A DNA stretch of 63,175 nt, the filler included, from Octopus bimaculoides (lineage: Eukaryota): the NCBI RefSeq assembly GCF_001194135.2. It is 4 parts of 4 records of this genome, joined end to end, with 100 filler letters (N's around TTAATTAATTAA, not from the genome) between each part and the next. Parts side by side here need not be neighbours in the genome. Positions count along the whole stretch, not along the records: positions 1 to 26,089 come from NC_069005.1; 3 more parts are not named here. One strand, given 5' to 3'. The position numbers and the translations under genes are program-made. Of the stretch, positions 1-12,880 are shown one piece after another. The notes under the pieces were generated by a model that was given only the letters and a program-made list of their open reading frames with translations, made no database searches and was not told the DNA's origin. How positions within the stretch are numbered: position 1 is the stretch's first letter; the number at the start of each line of letters is the position of its first letter.

Positions 1-64
1 ATATATAGATGCATACAAACTAACACATACACATACACATAAACTTTTGTATACATACATATAT

Positions 65-96
<32 letters not shown>

Positions 97-99
97 CCC

Positions 100-142
<43 letters not shown>

Positions 143-149
143 ACACATG

Positions 150-190
<41 letters not shown>

Positions 191-315
191 ATGTATATAT
201 ATATATATATATATACACATATATATGCACATGCGATGCATTTAAGAATATTTATGTATATATGTATGTGTGTGTGTATATGTATATATATTTATACATA
301 TATACATGAATGTAT

Positions 316-403
<88 letters not shown>
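1..403. repeat. Compound (TA)n/(TG)n microsatellite block
   Basis: Directly visible dinucleotide runs; the overlapping YI/CV/TH-repeat ORFs are translations of the repeat. Confidence 0.97.
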
Positions 404-984
404 AAGTGGAGCCAGTCATCACTTATGATGAGATATGCCTTGCCCTTGAGTCTACCATGCTGTCACTGTTTTAGGTGCATATGTACTGCTGAGGAAACAT
501 AGACATACTACTGCCCCCCTCCACTCACCTCACCCTTGACACGTACCTGTAGTGCATCACCAAATCATCATCATCATCGTCTTCAAGCATTCGTTTATCT
601 TCTTGTGTTACATTTGCAAAGAAGCTCCCTAATGACTTGTCCCAGAAACAAGCACGTCTCCCTTCATCCCGTCTGCAGTCTCACATTGAAATGCAGTTCT
701 CGAGCACCAATGGGTGCGCATCCATCTGCAGAAATCTGCAACATAGTTAGGACTGTGAGGATTGCCATATTTGCCGTTGGGTCATTGTGTTCAGTCGTTG
801 ATGTTCACCAAATTATTTTATCAATTGCTCTTGTTGGTTTTGTTTTCGTTAAGTTTATTATTAATTAGGTTTATTAATTTCAACTTGGAATGTAATTCCC
901 TTTCGTTTCACACACACACACACACACATGTATGTATGTATGTGTGTGTGTGTGTTTGTGTGTATAGGCAATAAAAGCGAAACT

Positions 985-1430
985 GTACTAAAACTGAATG
1001 TTTGCCACTACCACCAGAACCATCACCATCACCATCACCATGTAAACCATCTCCATCACCAACACCAACACCACCATGTGAAGCACCTCCACCACCACCA
1101 CTACTGCCACTGCTACCACCATCACCACCACCACCGCCCCCGCAGCCGCCACCACCCCCACTGCCACCTCTGCCACTGTCACCACCACCACCACCACCAA
1201 TACCAACACTATGTGAACCATCACCACCATCATCATCACCAACATAACTACCACCACTATCATCATCATCATCATCATCATCCCCACTACAATTGCCTCT
1301 GTCAGTTGTTGTGTTTGTGGCAGTGTTATTGATGATGCTGATGCTGATGATGAGAGTAGTGGTGGTCATGGCCATGATGGTTGTGTAACAGCTATTGTTG
1401 TTGGTGTTGCCAATGAAATTAGTGAACATC
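985..1430. repeat. Degenerate CAC/CAT/GAT trinucleotide low-complexity region
   Basis: Runs of cac/cat/cca and tga/tgg triplets; poly-His/Pro/Gly ORFs occur in several frames on both strands, as expected for a non-coding triplet repeat. Confidence 0.85.
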
Positions 1431-1507
1431 ATCAAACAAAAAACAGGAAAATAAATATCAAAAAGAGGTGGGATTTAACCAGCAATATCCACAACAATAA
1501 CAATAAC

Positions 1508-1544
<37 letters not shown>

Positions 1545-1805
1545 GTTTCTATTAGAAGAAATATTTTAAGAAAGAGAGGGAGGGGAGTTGAATAGAGAAA
1601 GAGAGGAAGAAGGAAAGAAAGAAAGAGAAATCTTTGCAAAACAGGAATTGTGGGAATTGTTTCATTGTGTTGTTGTTTTTAAGGGGGTAGGCAATTTTTG
1701 TATATATAGATTTTGTAATTTTTTTTGGGGGGGTTTTTGGATTTTTTTTTTTTCATATTTCTTTTTAGCATATTTGTCAAAGAAAGCCATAAAAATCTCA
1801 CTCAC

Positions 1806-2121
1806 ATTGCGTTTCCGGGACCGCACCATGGCCGCGTGGCTGCACAGGTTGTGACTGCAGTTGTGACTGGAACAGCTGTCTGTAAAGCTGCGTGTAGAGT
1901 TCTGATGACAGACGCATTCCAATCCTTGTGGAATTCACTATCCGACTTGCAAGAGAACCGATTTGTGGCTTAGGCTGTTCACTGATGTTTGCCGAGGGAA
2001 CGTGTTCCTTCAAGCTCTGCACGTAAGATCTCACAATCTGGCCAGAGCTGGTGAGATTCAAAGCACTGGCACCGCAACAAAATCTGGTGAGGAAGAGAAT
2101 CAGTAGGAGATTCCACTTCAT
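1806..2121 (-). CDS. Probable first coding exon of an unidentified secreted glycoprotein; gene continues toward or beyond the window start
   Basis: ATG at 2121 with A at -3; MKWNLLLILFLTRFCCGASA has signal-peptide form ending A-S-A; three N-x-S/T sequons (NLT, NIS, NST); 105 open codons with locally higher GC; ends at a consensus donor CAAT|GTGAGT (phase 1) at 1805. Confidence 0.6.
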
Positions 2122-3102
2122 ACTATCTTGTTGCCCTGTTGCTTAGTAACCGGAACTTTGGTTAAATATTTAAAGGATAATAAAAAAATGACAAAAAACA
2201 AACAAAAATAAATGGAGAGTAAAACGTGAAAAACTGGGGGCAGAAAAAAAAAACCTGAACAAATGCAAGAGTGATCCATGCATGCTCCTGCGACTACAAC
2301 ATATAACATTTCAGCCACGATCAGCGAATCTACTTGGACAATAGAAACAGCAACTACAACAAAAGCATCAAATGTAATTGCAACATTTACATGCATGAGA
2401 CATACACACACACGTGTGTGTGTATGTGTATACATACGTATGTATATATATATATATATGTGTGTGTGTGTATACGCATGTGTATATATATATATATATA
2501 TATGTATGTGAATATATATATGTGTATATATATATAGATGTGTATATATTTATATATATAGGCAGATAGATATGCGTTTACACATGTGCATGTACCACTG
2601 AATTTTAAATATACATAGANNNNNNNNNNNNNNNNNNNNNNNNNNNNNNNNNNNNNNNNNNNNNNNNNNNNNNNNNNNNNNNNNNNNNNNNNNNNNNNNN
2701 NNNNNNNNNNNNNNNNNNNNNNNNNNNNNNNNNNNNNNNNNNNNNNNNNNNNNNNNNNNNNNNNNNNNNNNNNNNNNNNNNNNNNNNNNNNNNNNNNNNN
2801 NNNNNNNNNNNNNNNNNNNNNNNNNNNNNNNNNNNNNNNNNNNNNNNNNNNNNNNNNNNNNNNNNNNNNNNNNNNNNNNNNNNNNNNNNNNNNNNNNNNN
2901 NNNNNNNNNNNNNNNNNNNNNNNNNNNNNNNNNNNNNNNNNNNNNNNNNNNNNNNNNNNNNNNNNNNNNNNNNNNNNNNNNNNNNNNNNNNNNNNNNNNN
3001 NNNNNNATATATGTATATATATATATATATGTATATACACATATGTATATATATGTGTCTGTGTGTCTGTGTATGTTTTTACATAAAACTATACCCATGT
3101 GA

Positions 3103-3149
<47 letters not shown>

Positions 3150-3303
3150 CAAGTGTTTACTGACATACACACACACCCACATATATATACATGTGAATAT
3201 ACAAAATTATAAATGCATATATATATATATATATACATGATATGGTCACATACACATATATATATGCACACTTGCAAATATATGATACATGTGCATATAT
3301 ATG

Positions 3304-3338
<35 letters not shown>

Positions 3339-3892
3339 ATGTCTATATATGTATGTCTATATATATATATATACACACGCACGTGTATATGTTTATACAT
3401 ATATATATATATACACACATCTCTATATACATACACATAGACATATAAAGAAATATATGCATGTGCATTGAGAAAACATACCCATCTATTTATCTATCTA
3501 TATACATACACATATACACACACACATACATACATACATACATATATACAAACATATATGCCTATGTATACATACATACACACACACACACATATAAAGC
3601 CTGTTAAAGTTAGTGGGTGGTGACAATGTGCAAAAAAAAAAAAAATAATAGAAGGGAAGAAAAAGCTAAAAGTGGTGTCCTTGATTTAGTATTTTTCTGT
3701 TGTTTTTTTGTTTTTTTGTTTTGCTGCTTTCATTACACAGTTTGTTGTTTGTTGTTGTTGTTGGTTTCAGTTGATGAAGGTTCAGAACTGACTGTTCTGC
3801 GTTGGCTATTGAATTATTTAATTTATTTCTGTCTGCTTTCTTTTATATATAAGAAATTACGTGTATACACACACATACACACACACACACAC

Positions 3893-3927
<35 letters not shown>

Positions 3928-4026
3928 CACACACGCACACGTGTGTATGTGTATGTGTGTATGCATGTAATTTCTTATATATAGTGTGTGTGTATGTATA
4001 TGTATGCATGTGTGTGTGTATGTATA

Positions 4027-4102
<76 letters not shown>

Positions 4103-4189
4103 TATATGTATATATACATACACATATATATATATTCATGCACACACACACACTCACACACACACATCCATCCATCTTCTCTACTCACT

Positions 4190-5095
4190 ACTGTTGGGGT
4201 GGGTCTGAGCGCAGAGTCCTTAAGCACTTCCTCCGTAGGGCCCTATCAAAAAGTAACTGTCCATTAGACTTTCTGGCTGGATTTCCAAACATGACCAGCT
4301 GAGACGATGCATATTGTTCTAGTGATCTCATCCTTACTCTACCCCAAGATCTCCTGCTTGTGGGCTCAGTTTGAAGAATCTCTCTGGCAATTCTTTTCTG
4401 CAACATTCTAATCACATGTCCTTTGCACCAGAACTGTAAACTCTCAATATGGAAAAGTTGTGACTTTATATATATATATATAGGGTCAAAAATAAGGTGT
4501 GTGTTAGGTTACTTGCATAATATTTTCAGAAGTCAAACATGGCACCTAAAAGCACCCATTACACTCTTGAAGTGGTTGGCATTAGGAAGGGCATCCAGTT
4601 GTAGAAAACCATGCCAAATCAGACTGGATCCTGGTGCAGCTTTCCAGTGAGACACTCCAGTCAAACCATCCAACCCATGCCAGCATGGACAAACACAGAA
4701 GCTCAAGAGCAGGATCGATGGATCTTGTGTCTTGAGTTTAAGAGATGCTGGGTCCAGTGAGTCTTTAAGAATCCTTTCCCACTAAGAACAAAAAAGAGCA
4801 GCCAGTGTCCTATACAATCAGGATGAATGAAGCTTTGCATAGCAGAGCAGACAAGGATTCTTAAAGACTCGCTGTCCATAGCTTCACTGGGTACACCATA
4901 CAGAATTCCTGCCTATATCTTCCTCCGTCAGGGCTATTTACCTGATGGGGGAAAGGGTCCTGTCTGTTTTCTTACTAGAACCTTGGTCTTTGCTAAGTTA
5001 ACCTTAAGGCCCTTTGATTCCAGGATTGCATTCCATACCTGGAATTTCTTTTCTAACTCTGTTACTGAATATTCTATAAAAGCCAGATTATCAGC
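4190..5095 (-). mobile_element. Degraded RTE-clade LINE (RT C-terminal region), interrupted by a SINE-like repeat at ~4540-4690
   Basis: YADNLAFIEYSVTELEKKFQVWNAILESKGLKVNLAKTKVLV (YADD-like RT motif) and MIRMLQKRIAREILQTEPTSRRSWGRVRMR (RTE C-terminal GRP-like motif); stops and frameshifts present. Confidence 0.8.
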
Positions 5096-5929
5096 ATATG
5101 CATATGTATATGTATATATATACATGCATGTATGAATGTATATGCATGTGCATATGTGTGTGTGTGTGTGTGTATACATTTATACATATGTATCTATGTA
5201 TGAATATGTCATCATCGTTTAACATTTGCCTTCCATGCTGGCATCGGTTGGACATACGTGTGTGTGTGTGTTTGTGCGCGAGTGCATGTGTACATTGATA
5301 TTTCTCTTCCTTTGTTTCTTGTTTCTTTTTTTTTTTTTTTGTCAGTCTGCACTACAACCAGACAAACTTCATGAACGCACCAACCTTTCTTAACTTCCAG
5401 CCCCCTGCTAACCTTTAGCCTACCAAGCAGACTGTCTAGTCTACCTCATAAATTATGCATTAGCAGTAGAGTTTTTTTGATATCCACACTCTGTGAAGTA
5501 TATTTCCTTATTTTTTCTTAGTTTTGATCAATTACATACCCATGTTAATGAAACAACAGCAAAAAGTAATTGAAAAGAAATGCCACAGCTTCTATTAAAA
5601 TAGAAAAAAAACAAAAACATTGTAATTCATGGAGGTGGTGGTAATGACGATGATGGTGATGAGACTGGTGGTGGTGTACGTAGTGATGATGATGATGATG
5701 ATGATGATGATCTAATAATATTGAGCCATTTATAATGGTGATACTTCTGTTGGAGGTACTTCAGAAACATTCTGCTTGTGTTGGTTGCAGTGATGCGATG
5801 GTTATGGTTTTTGCCACTGGTATTACTGGTATGACATAGTGACAAAGTTCTAGTAGCAGGAGTTTTGGTGTTCAGGATGTAGTGGAGTTGTTTTACTTCA
5901 AATCCACCCATGACCATGCCATCTTGTTC

Positions 5930-6200
5930 ATTACCTCCGCCTTCGCGAAGGCAGAGGTATTCTTTACAGCCGTGTTTGTTTGTCTGTGGACAAGACATCT
6001 CAAGAACCGCTGGATGGATTCAGATGAAACTTTCAGGGATGTTTGGCCTTGTGACTGGCATGAACTGATCAGATTTGGGGATTGATCTGGCACCAGACAA
6101 GGATTCTGGATTATTTTTCCAGTTTTTTTACTAATTTTTGAGAGTGGCCAGGTTCATTTTTATGCTTCTCGTTTGTGAGAGCAGTCGAGTTTATTTCAGA
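5930..6200 (+). mobile_element. Non-autonomous Helentron/HINE-like element
   Basis: Begins with near-perfect hairpin ACCTCCGCCTTC-GC-GAAGGCAGAGGT, followed by a short GTTT/GTCT microsatellite and a 'GGATGGATT..ATGAAACTTTCAGGG' core; this layout matches HINE/DINE-1-like elements. Family assigned from memory of the architecture. Confidence 0.55.
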
Positions 6201-7169
6201 TGAAGTGAAAAGAGTGCGACAAATAGAGATGAGGATTGGGGTAGACAGTGAATACCTGGTTCTTTGGGGAGGGGAGGAGAGAAATGAAGGAAACAACAGT
6301 AGGTGAGGGAGGAGGAGGTGATAGAGACAGTAACAGGGAGACAATGCCTCCAATGGAGTGACATAAAAGGTTTCATTTACAGCACCTGAGTCACTTTCTA
6401 ACATACAAACATATAATTTGTAATAATGAAATCAAACCAAATAATATTTTGAAAGTATTTAATAGGTTTATATAATTTATGTCCATATAAATTACATCGT
6501 GTTACAAAATTTTCATTTTTTTTGTTTGTCTTTGGTCAGGAAGTGTTATTTTCTATTTGCACCTTTCTAGAAATCAAAAGAAAGGACCGTTATCCCTTTC
6601 ACATTTTACTTTTCTGACCTGGACATCAATGTTTTGAAACTGACCGATATTCCCCATTACATTTCAAACAGATTCAGCACTGAGTTGCTGAAGCAGAAAT
6701 ATCATTATAGCAAATCTTCTGCTCAATAGCACGGATTTGCTTGAGCTTAATCACTTGAGAATGTCCCTTGGTGGCTGACGATATGTGCATCTCTGACCTG
6801 AGCATCATAGCCATGTGTTGAGAGGGATTCTTTGGGGTTTGAATAAATATAACAAAAGCAAAGTTCAAAGGAAATATTAGCCATTTTACATACTTTCTAG
6901 GAGTAAGTAAACAGGAAACAACAGTTGCTACTCAAGGATAAAAATTGTTTTACACAGTGTTGTGAATTATTTGGGGCTACAACAATAAGTCAATACAGTG
7001 TGGAGAATTAATGACAAGTGTCAATTTTTAACACATGATACAAAACACTAATAGGTGTGATTTCAGTTTGTAGCAAGTCTTCCACAACAAATCTTTATGT
7101 TTCAAGAACTGTGAATCTCATCAGTTGCTAAAAAAAAAAAAACAATAAGATAAAATCCTTCTTTGACTA

Positions 7170-7610
7170 GGAACCTTTTTCTCCCAAAGTATTTTTTTTT
7201 TTTTTTAGCCAAAAACCCCCGTTTTCGGATACGGAGATTCCGGAAAATTGCCAAAACTCGGCATTTTGAAATTCCACCCCGCCCCACCAATTTCTTAATT
7301 TTTCACTTTTTACCCTAACCCTAACTGTAATACAAAAATTTTTGTAAATTTTTTTCAGAATCATAATCTCCGTATTTTTCTGCATATTAAAAAAAAAAAA
7401 ATTCTGCAAAAAGTTTTAAATGAAGAAATTAGGAGGAGGGGTAATTTCAAAATGCCGGCTTTTGCCAATTTTCTCAAAATGCCAATTTTTTCAAAATGCC
7501 GGTTTTTGCCAATTTTTATGCAGATTCGTATTCTAGGTCGCCGGAAACGGAGGTTTGTGTTGAAAAAAAGAGGTGTTGGGGGTGTGTACAAAAGGAAGTC
7601 TTGCCCAGTT
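7170..7610. mobile_element. MITE-like element with nested imperfect inverted repeats
   Basis: GGAAAATTGCCAAAACTCGGCATTTTGAAATTCCACCCC (~7243-7281) is the imperfect reverse complement of GGGGTAATTTCAAAATGCCGGCTTTTGCCAATTTTCT (~7438-7474); an outer pair AAACCCCCGTTTTCGG / CCGGAAACGGAGGTTT is present; internal CCCTAACCCTAAC. Confidence 0.55.
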
Positions 7611-8510
7611 TTGTGGCTTCCTTACAGTATTCTGAACCAATACTGCTTCTCTTACTAATAATGTCTATTTAATGTCTTAGCAAGAGTTAAAAAATAAAAA
7701 ATGTCGGAAAACAATTATATTATACTCTAAAGCATTAAGATGAAAGCATGACCATGTTCCCGACATGGCGACATATCCGATGAGAAAATAAAATACAGTG
7801 CAAGTTGCTTATTGCAATCGCTTTGGCTGAGCCTCTTCGATGATAATAACCAACTGATAACATTAAGCAAAAGATGTAACTTTAATATTGTGACTTCCAC
7901 ATTTTGATACTGAATCCAGAACATTGTCTGCGATTATAATAAACGGTTTTCGTTGTACTTCAATGGTACAGTCCATATAATTCGAAATATGTCTTGTAAG
8001 TGGTATAAAATTTCCCCATTGTGAGCAATAAAATCACTGTAGAACTGACATTTATTTTGATGAGTTGCAGTGAGAAACCAGAAAACGACAGAACAACGAT
8101 CGGAATAAGTTGCGATGGGACACGATTCTCATCCATGGAACACGTTTCTCTTTGAAGCGCTTTCAACTGCTGAAAACCCGGAGAAGCTCGCTGCTGATTG
8201 GTGGCAATTTTGGCAGAATCGTTTGCGCGTTTGGTATTTGTTTCGGCTTTTACGTTCTCAGTTCAAATCCAGTTGAGGTCATTTTTGCTTTTCATCCTTC
8301 CGAGGTTGATAAAATACGATATTAGTCGAGAACTGGGATCGATGTGATCGACTGTTCCTTGCCTCCAAATTTGAGGCCTCATCTCTATGCAAAAACATCA
8401 ACTTTCAAATATTTAAGTCATGAATTGTTTATAAATAACATCCATAGACACACATACATATTATCGACACCACACACACACACACACACACACAATCAGA
8501 CGTACATCGA

Positions 8511-8540
8511 TATATACAGACGGAGTCTCTTTTCAGTCAG
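8511..8540 (+). promoter_or_regulatory. Possible core promoter of the Kazal gene (TATATA plus TCAGTC initiator-like motif)
   Basis: TATATA at 8511-8516 and TCAGTC at 8533-8538, ~85 nt upstream of ATG 8621; spacing is slightly short and such motifs are common in AT-rich DNA. Confidence 0.25.
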
Positions 8541-8620
8541 GAACAAACGATAGGACAATTCTTTGGGAGATAGATACGCCATAAAAAGATTTCAATGCGG
8601 TAATAGTTCTTCGTTGAACA

Positions 8621-8657
8621 ATGAAAGTTTCCGTTATTTTTACCTTTCTCTTTACAA
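8621..8657 (+). CDS. Two-domain Kazal-type protease-inhibitor-like protein, exon 1 (signal peptide)
   Basis: ATG (A at -3), MKVSVIFTFLFT + A, then donor GTAAGT at 8658 (phase 1); joins exon 2 to give signal peptide MKVSVIFTFLFTTVYA. Confidence 0.8.
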
Positions 8658-8753
8658 GTAAGTAAATCAAAGACTTCCATTTGCTTGTTTGAAAATGTCG
8701 TTAGGAAAGAACAACATCGACGGTCATCTAACGTAACAAACATTTCTGTCACG

Positions 8754-8850
8754 TTTTATATGTCTCTACTTTTATTTCTCTCTTACTCTTATATGTCTCT
8801 ACTTTTATTTCTCTCTTGCTTTTATATGTCTCTACTTTTATTTTCCTGTT
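8754..8850. repeat. 33-bp tandem repeat, ~3 copies, in Kazal intron 1
   Basis: Unit TTTTATATGTCTCTACTTTTATTTCTCTCTTAC repeated with few changes. Confidence 0.9.
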
Positions 8851-10224
8851 TTGTTTATTTTTCAATGAAATATTTTCCTTATAAATCGTCGGTTTGGCCC
8901 CACGGTGTTATTTTTCTACTTCTAATCGTACTTATCGACCAATTCTGTGGCCATTTTGATATTAGGTTCGTGTCTCTTTTTTGAGGCCAAAAAACATTGA
9001 ATATCGTCAAAACAAATCTTTTCAAAGAAACATAATTAATTGAAACTTAGTTTTTCTCCTAATTCCTTTCTTTTTATAAACATTTCTTTCCTTAACTGAA
9101 ATGCTACGAGATAATAAATAGATTGGTTATCTTTCGACTTTAATGTACAAGAACCTCAAGAACGGATGACACATTTTGTTACGTTCGAATTGAAGAAAAC
9201 AAAAAACTAATAAACTTTTCATATGAAATGTGCTTTTAATAATTAAATAACAATCAATGAGAAATCCCTGAATTAATAAAAAATATGTGTCCACTTCTGG
9301 ACCCGAATGATCGAAAATATGATTTTCGTACTGAATTAACATTCATTGGAATTTCAGGCGATCTGACGGTAGAATAGCTAGAAACCGAAAGATCACCTTC
9401 AGGTGATCTTTTCAGAAGTAGAAACATCTTCCAATTAATAATTTCTACTTTGACGTGTTCCCCCCTTTTTTTTTTCTTTTTTCTTTTTTCTTTTTAGGTT
9501 TAGTAAACAATATTAAAAGATTGTAATGTGTTATAATGTCAGTCGTGTCATAAACGGGATTACACATCAATATATTAGAATGTCGTTCGTAAGAAATAAA
9601 AGGATGAAAAATATTTATTTTACATTGTCGGAAAAATATCTTCTTTTGTTTTGTTTTTTTTGTCTAAATATTAGTTGTTTATTTTACTTGACCCTTGTTT
9701 AGTAAAATCAAGAAGGAATTGTCTTGTCGAAAGACAGCGATATTTGAAGATGGTTTCAGTTCTCAGCTGCAGATCTTTGTTAAAAAACAGGAATCTCAAA
9801 AACATCTCAATTTCTCCTGACCTATAAACAAGGGAAAAGAAAATAATATCGAGTTTAAGTTTTAGAACGATGTTATTTATTGTTTCAAAGAATGGCATTA
9901 AAGAAATTTGCTCCCCCCTATTCTATAGAAATCGTTAAATTATCTCGTTTATAATTCCATTCATACCTAAGATGCATTACTGACATATAAAGCAATTAAG
10001 TCCTTCAATAGTAATTTGTTTTTATTGATCCGAGGTGGAAGAACGACATAATTGACGCTGCTAAGATTTGAACTCAGAACTTAAAGGATCGTAAATACAT
10101 TTATTTACGGTCCTTTAAGTTGGGCAATGCAATCTGTCTAATGCTCTAATGACTGCGGCGCAATGGTTATATTCTACAAGATCCCTGTATTTTAATTATT
10201 GTATGATTATATCTGCATTTCTAA

Positions 10225-10385
10225 GGCGACGAGTTGGCAGAATCGTTTGTGGTATTTCGTCTGCTGCTCCGTTCTGAGTTCAAATTTCGCCGAGGTCGAT
10301 TAAATAAGTACCAGTTACGCATTGGTGGTAATCGACTTGCCCCCTCCCCGCAAATTTCAGGCCTTGTGCCTATAATAGAAAGAAT
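10225..10385 (+). mobile_element. tRNA-derived SINE, family B (GGCAGAATCGTTAGC..GTTCAAATT..GAGGTCGAC)
   Basis: Dispersed ~200-bp repeat with B-box-like GAGTTCAAAT; many related copies in this window. Confidence 0.75.
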
Positions 10386-11789
10386 TATATCTCCATCTTT
10401 AATTCCTACACCAAACAGGTACCTACGTCGATGGCCATTTTGATAGAGAATGGCCGAGGCGCCTCTCTCATCTCTAATAATGTTTGTCTGCTAGAAACTT
10501 TTCTGTCATTTGACAAGTTTGATTCTTTAACCAGTCAGCCAGAAAAACTGTGGACTTGAAACACTGCTGGAGGGAATTCGTTGCCAACCACCCAGTCACA
10601 AGATCGGTTGTATTGGCTTACATAATCCTAGTAGAACCTAATTTGTTATAATGTACTCGCTGTAGAATGGTTGCATTATGGCTAATAATAATGATGCTAA
10701 CATACTGTTATGCATATATGAAGCTGAACACAAAAAACTCCTCCTCTTTTATCATTCTCCCTAAGTAAAACTCTCACCATCTCTAAAGGCAACCACTGAA
10801 CTATAAAGCCTGATACTTCAACCACTTAATCTGAAGATATGATATTGAAAGTATAAGACAAAGATAAGACAAGAGAGAGAGAGGGAGAGAATTTATAAAC
10901 CATTTTGTTCAACCTGGAGCTGATACATGGTTACTCAGCTTCCATAAAATAACAGCTAAATCTCTCTTAAATAAAGGCTATATTGAACCATATAATTCCC
11001 AATATACAAACAATGGGATTATCGTTGTTACAACTAATCTTAGAATATATAACAACAAAATTTACAAAGAACCTGTTTGTTTGATCTTGCAGTTAGATTC
11101 TCATCAAATCACAACCCGCTGGCTTAAATTAGGAAATGACACACTGAAAAAGGAAAACGTAATCCTGTATATAAAACAGCTGTATACCCCTATGTATTTC
11201 TGAGTATACATCTGTGTGCGTGTGTGTATATGTTATGATTGTTGTTGTATTTTACCAGGGCCCACTTTGATAACTCATCTTCATCATCTTTGTCTCTTTT
11301 TCCAGCTTCACTCCAATTACTGCCACCCACTCTTGTATAATGCAAGTAGCCATAGATCACCTTTATGGCAACAAACCTGTTCTGGCCCTTTCTTTCTTAC
11401 TTCTACATCTTGTCTCCAAGCATAAAGCTGCCTCCCTCTCTACTGTAATCTCTCGCTCAGGTAAAGGGATCTTTGTTTTGTGAGTTACATGGCAGCATAT
11501 GTATTTCACTCTGTTCACTGGTTGGTATCAAGCAGGTCATTCAACCACAGACACTGGAGCACAATGCAGTCCACCAATCCATTAGGTCTCAGTCAAACTG
11601 TCCAACCTGTGCCATAATGGAAAACGGATGTTAAAAAAAAAATGATGATGATGAAATTGAGGATGTTACAGTTTGCACTGCCGCACGTTCCCTTCATCAG
11701 CCGTTGACTGGAGATCATGGTAATTTTGGCACCTATCAAACAGTATTACTACCATTAATGATGCCAAGCAGCATAATATGACTGACTTC

Positions 11790-12880
11790 TTTTGGCTCAC
11801 ACTAGCACACATCTCTCATCCATAAAGCCACCACCTCAAGCTCGGTACAGCTATATTTTCTCCAGCCATGCACCAACTATTTTATATCTCTACTCATTAA
11901 AAATTTGTCTTTCACCTTCAGGCATTGGTCTTTCTCTTACATATCTCTGCCATACCCATATTGAACCATTTCCTGCTTCCCTCTCCCAATTCAGCAATCT
12001 CTGTTCTATTATCCTTTCTATACCCAATGTTCCAGCAATGTTGAATCTAGCAACAAGTTCACAGCATCACATCTCTACTACAAACACCATACATTGTCAT
12101 CTTCATGTCTCATGCAGTTCTCAAGGTTTTTCTTTCCACTCTTTTTTTGCCTTCTAATGCCAAGGGGTCAGGCTGTTGCTTCCTTATTGCAATAAATCTT
12201 GGGAATCAGAGTACTTTCTTCAAGTTCATTACCCTCTTGTCTTTTCTCACCCTCTTTGTGCAAGCTGCAACACTATGTTGGTCTTCATTGATGCTCCTAC
12301 ATTATTGTTTCAGTGCATTAGCAACAATACTAAGGACTTCGTTACTCCAGCAGACCTACTCTGCAAGGGAGGAGTATGGCCTATTCTATTGCCAGAACAT
12401 CATGCTCCAGAAACACATTACACTTTAACCAGAACGACAATCTGTTATGCCATTCTAGCTTCACCACCTAATATTGGTCAGAGATGGGAGTATATCACAT
12501 TCCAGGAATGACAACCTGATTGGTTCCATTTGCCACAATATTCTCCCATTCTTCACTTCTCTCCCTCTCATACTGCTCATGCATATCAGCTACTCTACAC
12601 TACTGCTTTAGTTGCAAGATTCCTCCTTGACAACATGTCAGATTTCTTTGGTCGTGATATCTTACCTGCTTTTGTTATTCTAGAGGTTATCTAGTGGCTC
12701 TCTGCCTCTCTCCTTCACTCCTGCCTACGTGGTGGTGTTCTGCATTGCATATTTCACAACTTTCAATTCTACTTTGGCCTCTACCACCCCCACATACCCT
12801 TTCCCATGCTTCCTGTTGATGCTATCAGCTTGGCTGCTGGACCTCGTAGCATCAACTAGCAACTTTACTCCTTTAAACTC
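11790..12880 (-). mobile_element. Highly degraded non-LTR retrotransposon remnant
   Basis: Short RT C-terminal-like peptide fragments on the minus strand (e.g. LGIERIIEQRLLNWE); many stops; clade not resolved. Confidence 0.4.

Noticed and set aside
20-502. Long YI/CV/TH-repeat ORFs here and at many other loci (e.g. 2387-3098, 3823-4227, 19060-19600, 21804-22225, 57172-58567)
   Set aside because: Translations of (TA)n/(CA)n microsatellites and N-gaps; open in several frames on both strands; no splice or domain support.
908-1435. Poly-His, poly-Pro and poly-Gly ORFs
   Set aside because: A triplet repeat open in nearly all frames; no unique coding flank or credible splice sites.
1725-1973. Plus-strand ORF with a good acceptor
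   Set aside because: Antisense to a better-supported minus-strand exon (signal peptide, sequons, consensus donor); kept only as an alternative.
7313-7325. CCCTAACCCTAAC telomere-like motif
   Set aside because: Only two units, inside a MITE-like element; not an interstitial telomere array.
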